DNA of 64,000 nucleotides, taken from contig NC_092676.1 in the NCBI RefSeq assembly GCF_964355755.1, positions 3,015,888-3,079,887 of the forward strand, read 5' to 3'. The DNA is from Antedon mediterranea (lineage: Eukaryota > Animalia > Echinodermata). The number at the start of each line of letters is the position of its first letter. The stretch's first letter is position 1. Position numbers and translations under genes: made by a program. The notes beneath the pieces were generated by a model. That model had not been told where the DNA came from, did not search any database, and worked only from the letters and a program-made list of their open reading frames with translations. Shown in pieces: positions 12,146 to 25,100 of the stretch.

Positions 12146-13722
12146 ATCGTCCGGTCTACTCCAACGCATCGTTCCCCTCCCCCAAATTTCCCAACCGTTA
12201 ACTCCATAAGATCGGTAGGCATATTAAGATACCATTAACAATGTCTAGTTTAACCTTGGGTTAATGTTATTATTCCTAATATCGATCCAGTTCAATATAT
12301 TGCACTTGAATTAACCGTTGGTTGGTGATAGGCCTACCGATGTCATTCAAGGTCAAAAAATCACAAATCGTTATTGAACCATAGTATAGTCACTAGAGAT
12401 CTAACAACACATAATGATGTGTAGGCCTATATTCGAATCTGTGATATTCCTGCATGAGGCTAGGATAATATTGCTACGGCCCCTTTTTTGTGCAATTAAT
12501 TTCTGCGATAATGGTGAGTATTTAATAATGTATAATGTATCTCCTTTTATTTAGTCAGTATGTTGATCTGTATTATCATGACATTCTGTGGTTCTATTTC
12601 CTGGTATCCGTTTTGTCATGTTTATTTCAAAACTGTCTAATAAAGCGAATTAAGCTTAAAAGATCCACCAAATGGTGAGATGAAGGATTTTATCGTCATG
12701 TCTCAATTTCGAAAAAGATTTTTTTTTAAAGATTTGTCTAGCCCTTAATCATGCCCAATATTGTAAAACGTAAAAGGTCTAATTCACTGATGTATACCAC
12801 CACTTTATGTCGGATGCAGGATTTTTAAATTGAGTACCTCGAGGCTTATAAATGGAACCAAAATGTTATAATGTTGTGCATGCCTTTGCATTGATGTTGT
12901 TTCTTGTTATTAAAGCCAGTGCGTGGGATCCGCATGTATTTATAAAACATACAGTTATTTATAGGCCTATTGCATCAATACACTGATAAATTATGCAACA
13001 ATAAACTACGGTACATTATTTCATGAAGTAGGTTCACTGCTGCTGACGTCATTGTTTTTTTATAAACACAAACTAGATCGCCATATACAAATACAGTCTT
13101 AAGGAGATTCCAATGTCATTATCTAATGAGACATGTTATTATATATTAGCTAAATGTTTCTTTTATCGATAAACTACTATACATCACCTTGGAGATGAAG
13201 TACTAATTAGTGCCAAATCATTCCCCCTGAGACCTAGACCTTCTAACAATTGTATCAATTCATTTACTGTTTATTTGTTCTTTTGTTAGTCTTACCATTG
13301 TTAATGATGACACCATGATCTAGAACTACACACAGAGAATCGTATAATACTTAAAGTATCATACAACTTTACAATAAAGTAAATAATACAAAGGTAAGTT
13401 ACTTTTTATTTCTTAAGATTTATTTTAGGTGTTATTTTTCTCTCATCGACACAATAACACAATAATTACGAAGATACCTTTCAAATCAAAATCTGTTTCG
13501 AAATAAACTAATTTATATATTTATTAATTTTTTTGGGGATCGACAAGATTTTTACGAAAATTGTATTCTGTAATAGATAGTTGAGTCAATATGCAATGTG
13601 GTAAGATTGGAGATTGGTTGAGTTGAGTGGGTTAGATAAGTTTATAAATTAATAGTATTACGTTGCTATTTTATAGATTTATATACAACTGACACTTTTG
13701 TGGCAAAACACTCAGAATCACC

Positions 13723-15029
13723 ATGACACTGGACATACGAGGACATCTTAACGTTGAAAAGGTTAGAAACAACAAGGACATGCCCGCAGAAGAAGGAAGA
13801 GGGATTGGCTATTACGATGATTGTATGGCGAAATTAGCCAATCAAGAAGAGGATGAGAGATTGACAGAAACGATGGATTCCCTAAATCTTCAAAAAACCC
13901 GTATGTTGGCAGACACAAGACATGAACTGAAGAGCGTGGACAAAACATTGCGGAAGTTGCAGCGACAAAAGAAACTTCTTCGTAGAGCAACTCTGGAAAA
14001 TGTTATCAGTAGAGAAAATAAACAAGTCGTCTATAAGTCTTTTAAATCAATATCCGAAGAAGAAGAAGAGAGTGATGATACTGATATTGAGGTAAATTAT
14101 CAGTCGCTATCGTTAGGCGACGCCACAGGACAGAATCTTAGTGTGAACGTAGCTTTAACCTTAAGCCTGGTTCCCACTAGTGACGTAACCTACGCAACGT
14201 AAGAAAATGTCCCTCTAATAACTGTGTTGTCCTTCTCCTGCGTGAAATCAAACCTTGTGATTACGCAAAGTGCTGTTTTGCAATACGTCGCTGCGTTGCG
14301 TCGCGTTCTAGTGGGAACCACACTTTATATTAAATTTATAAAAACTATATTTTCTATTTTTAGAATTCGTCAAAGAGTGATGATTCGTCAACTGTCAACA
14401 AGGATGCGAGTGCCACGATGACATGCCCTGCATTTCCTGGTGTTCCGACACCAACAGACTCCAGTCTCGCAAGCTACGATACCTATTGGTTACGAAGACG
14501 TGGCGTGAATCCTCCACTTATGCCAAGACCAGCTTCAACTAAAATATTTAACGAGATAGAAAATGAAAAAACGAACAATGGAATAAATAAACGAAAAAAG
14601 TTTTACCGACAAAAGACAATGATTAATTTGAATAATAAAATTAATGAAAGTGACTCGTCAGTTAAAACAAAAACAGAGAAAGTTGAAAACAAATTTCGTC
14701 CTAAAACGTCAATTGGTCATAACCCTTCACGACGACGAAGTTCATTAAATAGTAATCGAGACCGCCCTCATACGGCTGTGGAGGTAGGGACGAGGGGTCG
14801 ATCAAGGCGGGAATTAACTCAGTTGACACACATAGATGCCGTGATGTCGTCAGAAAGAGAGTTTCGACGGAACGAATGGTTGGAAAATAAATCAATATTA
14901 AAAGCAGAGCAGGATCGCGTACTTAGAAGCAAAGTACAATCGTTTTTAGAAACTATCGAACGAGATAAAAAGAAGTTTCTTTCGGATGTAAAAGTTAGTG
15001 TAAAAAGTCGGGACTTAGACGTAATTTAA
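13723..15029 (+). CDS. Uncharacterised coiled-coil protein (~344 aa), 2 coding exons (13723-14091, 14364-15029), CCDC190-like
   Basis: ORFs 13723 and 14418 join in frame through GAG|GTAAAT ... TTTTTAG|AAT (phase 0). The intron carries a family B MITE. Architecture matches the 8433 ORF (N..EDERL...M..L; C-terminal VLRSKVQSFL). Confidence 0.75.
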
Positions 15030-16231
15030 TTAGTAGATATTATAAAAGAAATGTAATAAAGCTTGGTTCCCACTAGGACGCAACGTATTGACGTAAGCGA
15101 TTGACCAAGGACATGCGTCAGTTCGGATAATACATCGCTTGTGATCATTGGTCAAATTACTTGTCAAGGTCCTTGCGTTGCGCGCGCGCGTCTAAGTGAA
15201 AAGCAAACATTTTGAAAGCATCAATTGAAGTATCGTATCACAATTATAGTCTGAAATAAAAATATTTTAATTTTGAATAAATGTTTACCTACAATCATGG
15301 ATGATGTGTTACCTTTCATTCATTATTTTGCTAAAATCATTTTAGCAATATACAAGAAAATACATAAATAATACGAATTAAAATGGTATAAAAACATGAA
15401 CAGTAGAAAAAATGAGATAAATAATATACTACTATATAATATATAAAATATATAATAAAATCATTTTTTTGATAGTAAAAATGTAATAAAAAACATTAAT
15501 ACATTTTAAGAAAATATGGTGTTTTGTTTACCTCATTAAATTATCTTTTTAAACAAGGAAGACAATAACAAATATGCTGCAACTCAAAATCAAATATGAT
15601 TTTCACCCCCGCTACCTATGGGCCACCGTAGTTTGTTTGTTGGCAGACTACTTTCTAACCAATCGGATCTCATTGGATTCTTTACCGCCAAAGAAGATAG
15701 ATCAGAGCAAAACGTGTGAGTTATTATACTTTTTTTAGACCTATTTGAGGCCTCTAATGATTATTATATATATCTGCATGAGTTAAACAAATCATGTAGA
15801 CATGGGAAGATCAGTTATATGAATTATAGGCATTGTATATTCCATAGGATCATTTTTCCATTCTCGATGCTCAAGTCATAGCTAGCTAGGCCTGGCCTAC
15901 TTCAAGAGTGGTTAGACTATAGCTACTAGAGAGAGAGGCGAGATCAGCGCATGGCACTTCAGTCTGCGATTTAACCCTTTTTTCTGGGTTTAACCAGCTT
16001 AGCAAACTACCATGGTCAAGACCATTTCATACTTGGTAATTTAATCAGAAAATCCTTATTGGCTTGGTAAAACGTGTTCATTTGTGCTCTTAAGCACGCG
16101 CGTATATCGAGACTCGTCGTCGACGCAGCTGCAGTTACGTCATACGCGCGGTCGGCTCTGGACGGATACAACGAAAACGCCAGTTTTCCAATTTTGTGTG
16201 TTCGTATAATTCATTTTAAAGTACATATAGA

Positions 16232-18061
16232 ATGGGGTTCATAGTTATTCGCTTTGGAGGTAGGCATATGTTTTTTGCGTTTTCTTTTTCTTGTTTTCCT
16301 AGCCTAGTGTAGGTCTCTAGGCAGAGAGAGACCTTATATGGCTAATATTAATAGCAGTATGCTACCTACCTAGCTAGGCCTTAGGCTAGGCTTGTTAGGG
16401 CTAGGTAGGCTTAGCCTAGCTTATACTAGCCTCTAGCTAGGCTAGGCCTAGGTCTAGCCTACCTGTTTATGCCCTATAGGACTGTTGTTAGCTAGATAGA
16501 TTTAGATTTTACTTGGATCATGATAATTATGCTGTGTATTTTGTGGATGTTGAGTACGCTTAAAAATAAATATTATAATAATTAATAGCCTATAAATAAT
16601 TAATACTACGGCCTTACTACTAGCTTCGGCCCACCTAAGCCTAAGCCTAGCCTAGCTAGAGAAAAATATACAATTGTATTAATTATTGTAATAAATACTC
16701 TTCACAGAATGTAGTCTCTGTAGTTGTATTCTATCTGTCAAGTTAAATTTTTAAAATCCAATAGGCTATGCTTAGCCTAACTAGTCCTAGCCTAAGTATT
16801 AGTAATGATGGTGTGATAACGAAAAAAAGTTACTCCAGGATATCACTATTTTTAGGCCTAGTATTATATTATAATTTAATAGCCTATTTTTAATTAATTG
16901 TTAATTCGTGAGAACGTAATAACTATGTATTTATAATTAACCTTAATTACTACGTTTTCTAAAACAGGAAGTGGGGCATTTTTAGCCAATCCTGACTGTA
17001 CGGTGGCAAACCTATTGGCTTACATCAAACGCACGTGTAATGAAACCGATCCAAAAGGTACGGCACTAGGCTTAACCAATTTCAATATTTTATTTTCCAG
17101 AGTATTAATATGTCAATTTTAGTACTACTATACTGTATGTATAAACTAATTATTTGTTATTAAAATTACCTAAATTTCGCAGTTGGATTGGATCTAGCTG
17201 ATGAAGATGGTATGCTAATGAACTTATGCGATCTACACCCAAAGAGAAGGGCGTCTGGTATACTATCCACAAAGACTATGTATATACCCATCAAATTAGA
17301 ACGTAATTGAATTTACATTATATTATCCTTTTAGGCACATAGATAATATATACCGTAGGTTATTATCATATATTTATGAAGCCGAAAGACTCGTGAGTTC
17401 CTTCGTATAGAAGACGAAAAAGGGTGTGTTTCGTTGGTAGAGAAGACGAAAGAGGGATTGGTTTCTTCGTATAGACGACAAAAGAGGGTTTGGTTCCTTC
17501 GTAGAGAAGACGAAAGAGGGGTTGGTTTCTTCGTATAGACGCCAAAAGAAGGTGTGGTTCCTTCGTATAGACGCCAAAAGATAGTGCGGTTCCTTCGTAT
17601 AGAAGGCAAAAGAGGGCGTGGCTTCGTCAGACAAGACTCCCAGTACAGTTAAGATAAACCAATCTAAACGTATTCCTTTATCAATGTCTCATTCGTATTC
17701 ACTTACAGGCACAGAAGACGGTGGTTTAAAACCGTACGTTCCCCTAGTTCCAGATATGGATAAAGAAAGTCCAGAATTTATGAGTGAGTTTGCTGGCAGA
17801 CACTGACAATATATCGTCAAATGATAATAAATAACATAAAAATAATGTTTTCGTTTTATTCTTTTCATGTTATTATCTTTTATTGTATTTTCAGGACGAC
17901 TGGCAGTGCAGTATGAACGAAGAACTGGAAAAAGTATTCGAGGCTACGGCCGACTAAAGTCCCTACCAGAGGACGCTCAAACGGGAAAATCGACAACGTC
18001 TTCCAAACGCGGTACTTCAAAGGGAGGAAAGAGCGCCGGTCGGGCAGGAAAAACACGATAG
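16232..18061 (+). CDS. C22orf15/CXorf65-like small protein, 5 exons (16232-16259, 16968-17057, 17183-17302, 17709-17783, 17895-18061)
   Basis: The spliced product MGFIVIRFGGSGAFLANPDCTVANLLAYIKRTC...LDLADEDGMLMNL...ASGILSTKTMYIPIKLER...YVPLVPDM resembles human C22orf15/CXorf65 (FIxxxxG..FLVNxxC.V..LL.YIR..DL.E.G). All junctions are GT-AG and in phase. Confidence 0.85.
17380..17632. repeat. ~32-35-bp minisatellite (CCTTCGTATAGA(A)GACGAAAGAGGG...GGTT)n in intron 3 of the C22orf15-like gene
   Basis: About 7 tandem units read directly. Minus-strand ORFs 17331 and 17374 are repeat translations. Confidence 0.9.
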
Positions 18062-19140
18062 TACTAGCAAATTAATTCAATTCTCTACGTATTCTATTCC
18101 ACTGTAGGCCTAGTTAATACCTATAAAGTAATTTATTCCTCTCTTTGATAATACAATACAAATATTATAACGTGTATTGTATTTGTGTATTTTGTTATAT
18201 GTATTCTTTCCGTTATTAATACAATACATCATAATACTATTTTACGTTACAATAATTGTAATGAAAAGTTACTGTTTTAAAAATACTATTAGGAGAGAAA
18301 TGAAATACGGGGCTCCATGTGGACATTGATAATTGTTTAAAAATAATACACAGATGACAGAATTCTGAACGGCGCCCCGTAATGAGGTGTATTGTAAATA
18401 ATATTTAATTAATAAGATGGGTTTTTCAATCTGTGCAATTTTTGTTTGTTGTTTTGCGTAAACTGATCGATTACGCGAGGTACACAACACAAAAAATTTG
18501 AAGCTTTAGAAAATAAAAACGATCATACAGTTTCATAATAATATACCTTTATTAAATCGATTATAATATTAAAATCTATGGACATTTTCTATAAAAATAC
18601 AGTCGTTAAAAAAACTGTGATATAAATGGTATACAAAAGTCTCATTCTGTTGGAATGAGCTGTTTAAATATAATATAATTTTATAGACATCTGATAGGTT
18701 GCCGAGCTTTTCCGGGCTTTCAATCCTCATTTCACTGTTTGCAGCAAGGTAAACGTAATCTTTAAAAAAATATAACTAAAAAACAAGCATGTCGTATTAA
18801 TGCGTGGTTCCAACTAGCACGCAACGCAGCGACGTATTGACGCAAAGTGCTGTATTGCGTAACCACAAGTGGGAACCGACGACGCAATAGTGCTGCAAAC
18901 ATCGCACGTTTGATTTCACCTTTCATGAATAAATATCAGATTCCATCATTGGAAGTACAGATTTGAATTAGCACAATATATTGTAGCACCAGTTTCTCAT
19001 TTGTCGTATAAATGTTTTAAGTTTTTACAACGGCGGCGATCATAAACAAAAATTGATCCCGTATTGTGACGTCAGAGTTTTTCTTGTCAAGAAAGAGTCG
19101 TTTGTGATGACGTATTCAAATGTTTTTTACAGGCCGATCA

Positions 19141-22100
19141 TCAAGAAAATGATTCCGTATTAAACTGCATTTTTATTCTTCGTTTTCTGTTTATCCTATT
19201 GCAAATGTTTTGAACATTATTTGAAAGTTTTTTTGGTCCGCAGACAAACAAACCGATAGAAGATCTGCAAAACAACGGGTAAGAATAGATGAATTAGCAT
19301 AACCAATCATAGAGTGCATGTATTATTGTCCAGTCAGTATATTAGGTAGTATGCATGATTTACCTATAATAGAGTTATTATACTATTACGACTCGACGTA
19401 CTGATTAGCCAATGCAATGATAGCTCTGTTTTTAAATCTGGGATTTGGTTGGAGTCGTAGTGTGGACACCGACTCAAACTGGTGTATCTGATTGGACAAT
19501 GTGATTGTGACGCTGTTTTTATTTAAATTTGGGATTTAGTTGGAGTCGTGCTGCGTCACTGAGTAGTGGACGACCAAACAGTCGTATCTGATTGCCCAAT
19601 GTGATTGTGACGCTGTTTAAAAAATTCTGGGATTTGGTTGGAGTCTTGGTACGTAACTGAGTAGTGGACGCGGCCTCAAACAGTCATATCTGATTGGCCA
19701 ATGTGATGATGGTTCTGTTTTTTTAGTCGCGTGGAAGCGACTCTATAGTTCACTATGTCGGTCGGTCTGTCTGTCGGTCTGTCTGTCGGTCTGTCTGTCT
19801 GTCTGTCGGTCCGGTATCACTATGCGTTTTATGACCTTATCTTGATATCAGTTTAATCTAGCTAAGTCAATTTTTTACAGAATATTCCTTATGGCCAGGA
19901 ATCGATGTGGTTATGTTTTCACGGTGCGCAATAAAATTACGCGGTCTACGCACGATTTAACGAAATCACGTTTGTAATCATATCTTAACAACCATGAATC
20001 ACAATTAAATAAAATTTGGTACTCATAAATTTCAGGGCATAAATCATCATATAGCAATACAATTACGTGCGTAGCGCATGTAACGCATGCGTACGCGCGC
20101 TTAAAATTTTCTAAATTTATTTTCGATGAAATAAGAGTACGTTTCAGGCAATTTTAAGCGTTTACAAAATTGCCATGAGTGCGCAGATTTTTGCGCGCGC
20201 ACTGCGCGTTAAATGTTATTGCGCACTCATTTTGCCCGATTTCTGTTTTCTTGACTTACTTTTCAACTCGAAATTACGTTATACGAGCACGTCAAAAGTG
20301 ACAGGCTACGCACGTGTAAATTAAAAAAATATAAATGTTTTTAAACATTTCAACATTTTTAAACATGTTCAGTAATTTCGGTCAGTATAGTTCACTATGT
20401 CGGTCGGTCCGTCTGTCTGTCAGTCTGTCTGTCGGTCTGTTTGTCTGTCGGTCCGGTATCACTATGCATTGTAGCACGCGACTTAATGGCTGTTGGCCTT
20501 GTTAAATTTGGGATTTGGTTTGAGTCGTGGTGCGTCACTGAGTTGTGGACGCGGCCCAAACTGGTGTATCTGGTCAATGTGATGGTGGCTCAGTTTTTGA
20601 GCTGTGATTTGGTTGGGTTTAACGCTCTAGTTTAAATATAACATCTATGGAATGTATACCTTTTATTATTTGCGTCCACTTCTCCCAGAATTTCTTTTAG
20701 ATCAGGTCTTCCTATATGAATTCTATTAGCTAGAAAGTGATCACGTGAATTGAAACCTGTCAACCTGTCTGTAGTTTCGGCAGTACGGATCTGCGCATGC
20801 TTAGACGTGACGAACAGTCGAATGTTTAGAAAATCTGGCATGTTTTCATTCCAAAACTTTAAAGAACAATATTATAATTTAGGCCTATGCATTGTTTCTC
20901 GTTTTCATATCTGTATTATATTATAATTATATAATCCGGTATAGAACACTTTCTTATATTAGTACAGTATATCAAATGATCGTACCTTTCCGTGTACAGA
21001 AGCCAGGAGGTCTGCAAACCACTTCAGATTTTGAATGTTTCGACAGACCCAAATGAAGTATAATCTTTGCAGTTTATACTTTTTTAAATCGCAATCTCTG
21101 AAAGTTTAAATCATTAAAAAGACGCATGTACATAAAGAAAGGCATTGGTAATGGTGTTTGATGTGATGGAGAATGAACTGTGCCTAAGTGACGTTTATTG
21201 AAAATACAGAGCCCCTAATAAGCGGACATTGTCAGAACCCAATAAAGTACGGGGCGCCGTTCGGGACATTGGTGTCTAAATAAATGCTCTACTGTAGTGT
21301 AACGATAAACATAATTTACGTTTTTTTTCCCATTTGCGATATAAGGGAATAATAATGTATATAGGCCTACCTTAACTGGTTTAATACAGCAGCATATGGC
21401 GTGACTCCAACTCCTCCGGCAATGCACACACTTGTATGGTACTTGAACACATCTTGATTCGGGCTACCAAATGGACCGTCTATGTATAACCTTTGAAAAA
21501 TATCTTTTTTTGTCAAATTGAGAATGTAAAATAAACATTTGAGCGTAACGCTCCATGCACATAAATACTATCCCCAGAAAATGGTCCAGACATACGTAAT
21601 TGGCAGTAAGCGAAATGACCGCTGACTCAGTCCAAACTTAAAGCTTAGTTCTTACTAGCACGCAATGCAAGGACGTAAAGCACGCGTGGTTCTCACTAGA
21701 GACGCAACGCAAGGACGTACGCGCAACGCAAGCGAGCTGACCAATGACAAGATAATCCATCGCTTATGATTGCGTCGCTAGTGGGAACCAAGCTTAACTA
21801 GCACGCAACGCAAGAACGTAGGCGCACGCGACGCAAATAATTTGATCAATCACAAGCAAGGGTAATTTGCAACGTGTACGTCGCGTGAGCAGCCGACCTT
21901 AACTGTACCTTGGATAGCGACGATCACCGTACGCATGTCGTCCCTTCTCAAGCAAAACATCTGTGACAGGGTGTAGCATATCCCTAAGTTCCACTGTAAA
22001 ATAAGTATAAATCTGAATGATTATAACACAAATTAGATTAGAACAGTAATAAGGCTATTTGCTACGTGTCATTATTGTGCAATAATTTAATTTGATCCAC

Positions 22101-25100
22101 ACAGTGTACAACACAGACCTACTTAGTTTGATGTCGTTAAATGTCTACTTTTGAAAACGCAGATATTTTGAGACGGACCTCCTTGCAACATAATAGAATT
22201 TCTTAATATTGTTTTTTGTTATTTTATAGGTAATATTTAGTGAAATATGATTGACAGTGATGATAGAAAACTTGTCAATATTGTGAATTATTTTTATGAT
22301 ATTGATAGTATGGTCTGTTTAATGCAAAGTATCCAACATGTTACCAAATATAGACTTAGACCTTAATCAATGTCTAGTCAATTTCCTCGCATAATTTAAA
22401 AAGATTTGCCTCATAAATATATTAAAGCTTTGTTTGAATTCGTTCCGTGGTTCATATTTTTAAAATCCTCGGCAGAATTAGCGAAATTTAACAAGATAGA
22501 TAGATAGATCTGTATTCAGTCTACTGAATTACACAGACGAGCGGCAACAGTAAAATAAAAAATCGGATCGGACGGGCGGTTTCCGCTCAGACGTGGGACA
22601 TGACAAGCTACGGCGCTTTTCCGCTTACCGTTACCGCTTGTTTGTGGCCTTTATGGCGGCGGGTCCTATGCACTATTTGGACTATTAAATAACGGGAAGG
22701 AAGAATCTTACCTGTCCAATCTCCAAGAACTCTAACATGTACACTGAATGAACCTGAACGTAAAGACGGACACTGAAAATATACAAAATAAGATTTAGTC
22801 CACAACAGAATCATTTAGTCAAACCCAGAGTAGGCCTACATCGGAAGATGAACAGTAGGAAGAGATAATGTCCTGAACGGCGCCCGTAATAAACGTGGCT
22901 CTGTCTACACTATCAAACTAGTTTGACAAAAAAAAGTGTAATGTGCCTAAATATGGTAGTGATATGGCCAAATATGTGATATGACATCATCATGTCGATA
23001 ATATGGGCCTATGGGCACATCACAATTTGTTTTTTTCACATTAAGTTTGATAGTGTAGACAGAGCTTTAAAGAAATAAATGATGACATTGATGATGACTA
23101 ACCTTTGTCAAAGTGAACGGATGCCATTCCAGCGCCGATATCGTAGGGCAGTTCAGTGAAATATACTAAAAAACAAAATAAAAAACCTTTAAAAACTGTT
23201 TACAAAGCTGATAAGTTACGAGAATAGTTAATTAGAATAATGATGTCTTACTTGTCCAGGTTTTGCTTGGAAACCTTTTTTGCTAATTTGAATTTCAATG
23301 ACGTCAGGATAATGATAAATTGTGCTGTTGATCTCAGCTGTCTGTCTCCCTCTACATAATCGGATAAACCTTTCAATTATGTAGAGAATCAATGGAAATA
23401 CAACAAAACACCACGTCTGAAAAAGAGAAAAAAAATGACAATTACCAAATAGCGGAATTATTCCTAATTTTAATATAGGCCTATGTACATTATTTTTGTT
23501 TATATTTTTTTGTGTAATGATTAAGCTCTCTGAAATTATCATCATTTCAACATCAGTATAATATAATTGTTTTGTATATTTTATACATATTATATACCAA
23601 TCAAACAAAATAAAAAAAAAAACTTCGATCCATCTTCAACTTATTGTTAATTGACCCCGTCGCCGGTCACAGATCAATCGCCGAAATTTCATCATTTGGC
23701 CAGATGATACGACATGGATAGGACGTTGTGAAACGTCGCAGTTATACAGTATTATTCAAGTAAGTCCAGTTGACTTATTTTACTTTTCCAAACTTAAAAC
23801 CCGGATGACAATATCCATACCCATGTGAATAATACTGCACGTATATCTTATAATTACCTGAGAAGGATGAGACTTGAAATAAGGTGGTTCTTTACATGTT
23901 CCAGCCATTTTAATTTCTGTCATGCCAAATAGTTTAAGTTGGAATGGTGCGTGCTCAGGCTCTGGCTCCGGTTCAGGTTGACCACCACCTGTGGAACATC
24001 CAGGTGTGTGGTATGCTAAATTTGTCTGTTCTTTCAGTACACCGCTATCAAAAAAATAAATAAAAATTGATAATTAGTTATTTGGTCCAATTTGAATAAG
24101 AACAACACAAGAACGTATTACAAACAATGCACGTTCTAGAAATGTTTTAGTTTATTTTTTATTTGTTGATCATTCATAAAAAATACAATATTACAAATAC
24201 ATACAAATGACAAGGTGAGATCAAGAGGATAACCATATAAGCTCTAGAGCTTCTTTTCATAAGTAATGGTATAATTAAAATTGTTAATATATATTTTATT
24301 ATCGTATTATTAATATTGTTACATTTTTGAATGAATATATTAAGCTCGGTCTACACTATACAACTTTGTGGAAAAAAAAAAATTGATATGCCCATATATG
24401 GACATGATGTCATATCACTACCATATCTTGGAATATCACTACCATATTTGGGCACATCACACTTTTTTTGTCAAACTAGTTTGATAGTGTAGACAGAGCA
24501 TTCGGAAGGGGAGCACTGTGATACGCTATTTAAGAGATGGCAATATTTAATATTCATTCATTCATTCATTTAATAAATTGACAGTTTTTTTTATTACATT
24601 TCATTGTATATGAGTTAACGATTTCCATATTTTGAATTTCCCTAAGGAGCTTCATACGTGCTCCTGTCATATACAATTTAGGTTTGCAACTATATTGAGC
24701 AAAATATAAAAAAAACATAATTCAATTTAAGTAAAGACTTCCGATACATTAAAAGCCACAGCAGCATGCAAAGTATAGTTGCTTAGCAACGGCCATAACA
24801 CGACACTGTACCTGTTGTAAATAGGAAACAGTTATAGCTGTGATGTTACCGACAACTTTAAGGTACGTTTGTTCATTATCGCGAAATAAGCGCGGGTGTA
24901 TTTAATCATGAATTAAAATTGATTTAATTATGAGTAAGTATACCTAGAAGCTAGTCTGGGTTTCAGACGGAGTTTTGACTTAATATTAGTAAAATAAGAA
25001 AAATGTTGGCACATATGGCGTTTCATACGTATACTACGATTTCAGGCAAACATCGAAAAGCCTTGAAATAACTATATTACAGGCAAGTCTCACCTAGAAT

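Noticed and set aside
14092-14421. C-terminal part of ORF 13723-14202 and ORF 14224-14421
   Set aside because: These are intron read-through into a MITE. The spliced model explains the coding signal.
17198-17215. CTGATGA as a hammerhead core (also at 2704 and others)
   Set aside because: There is no stem II or GAAA partner. The 17198 hit is coding sequence (LADEDG).
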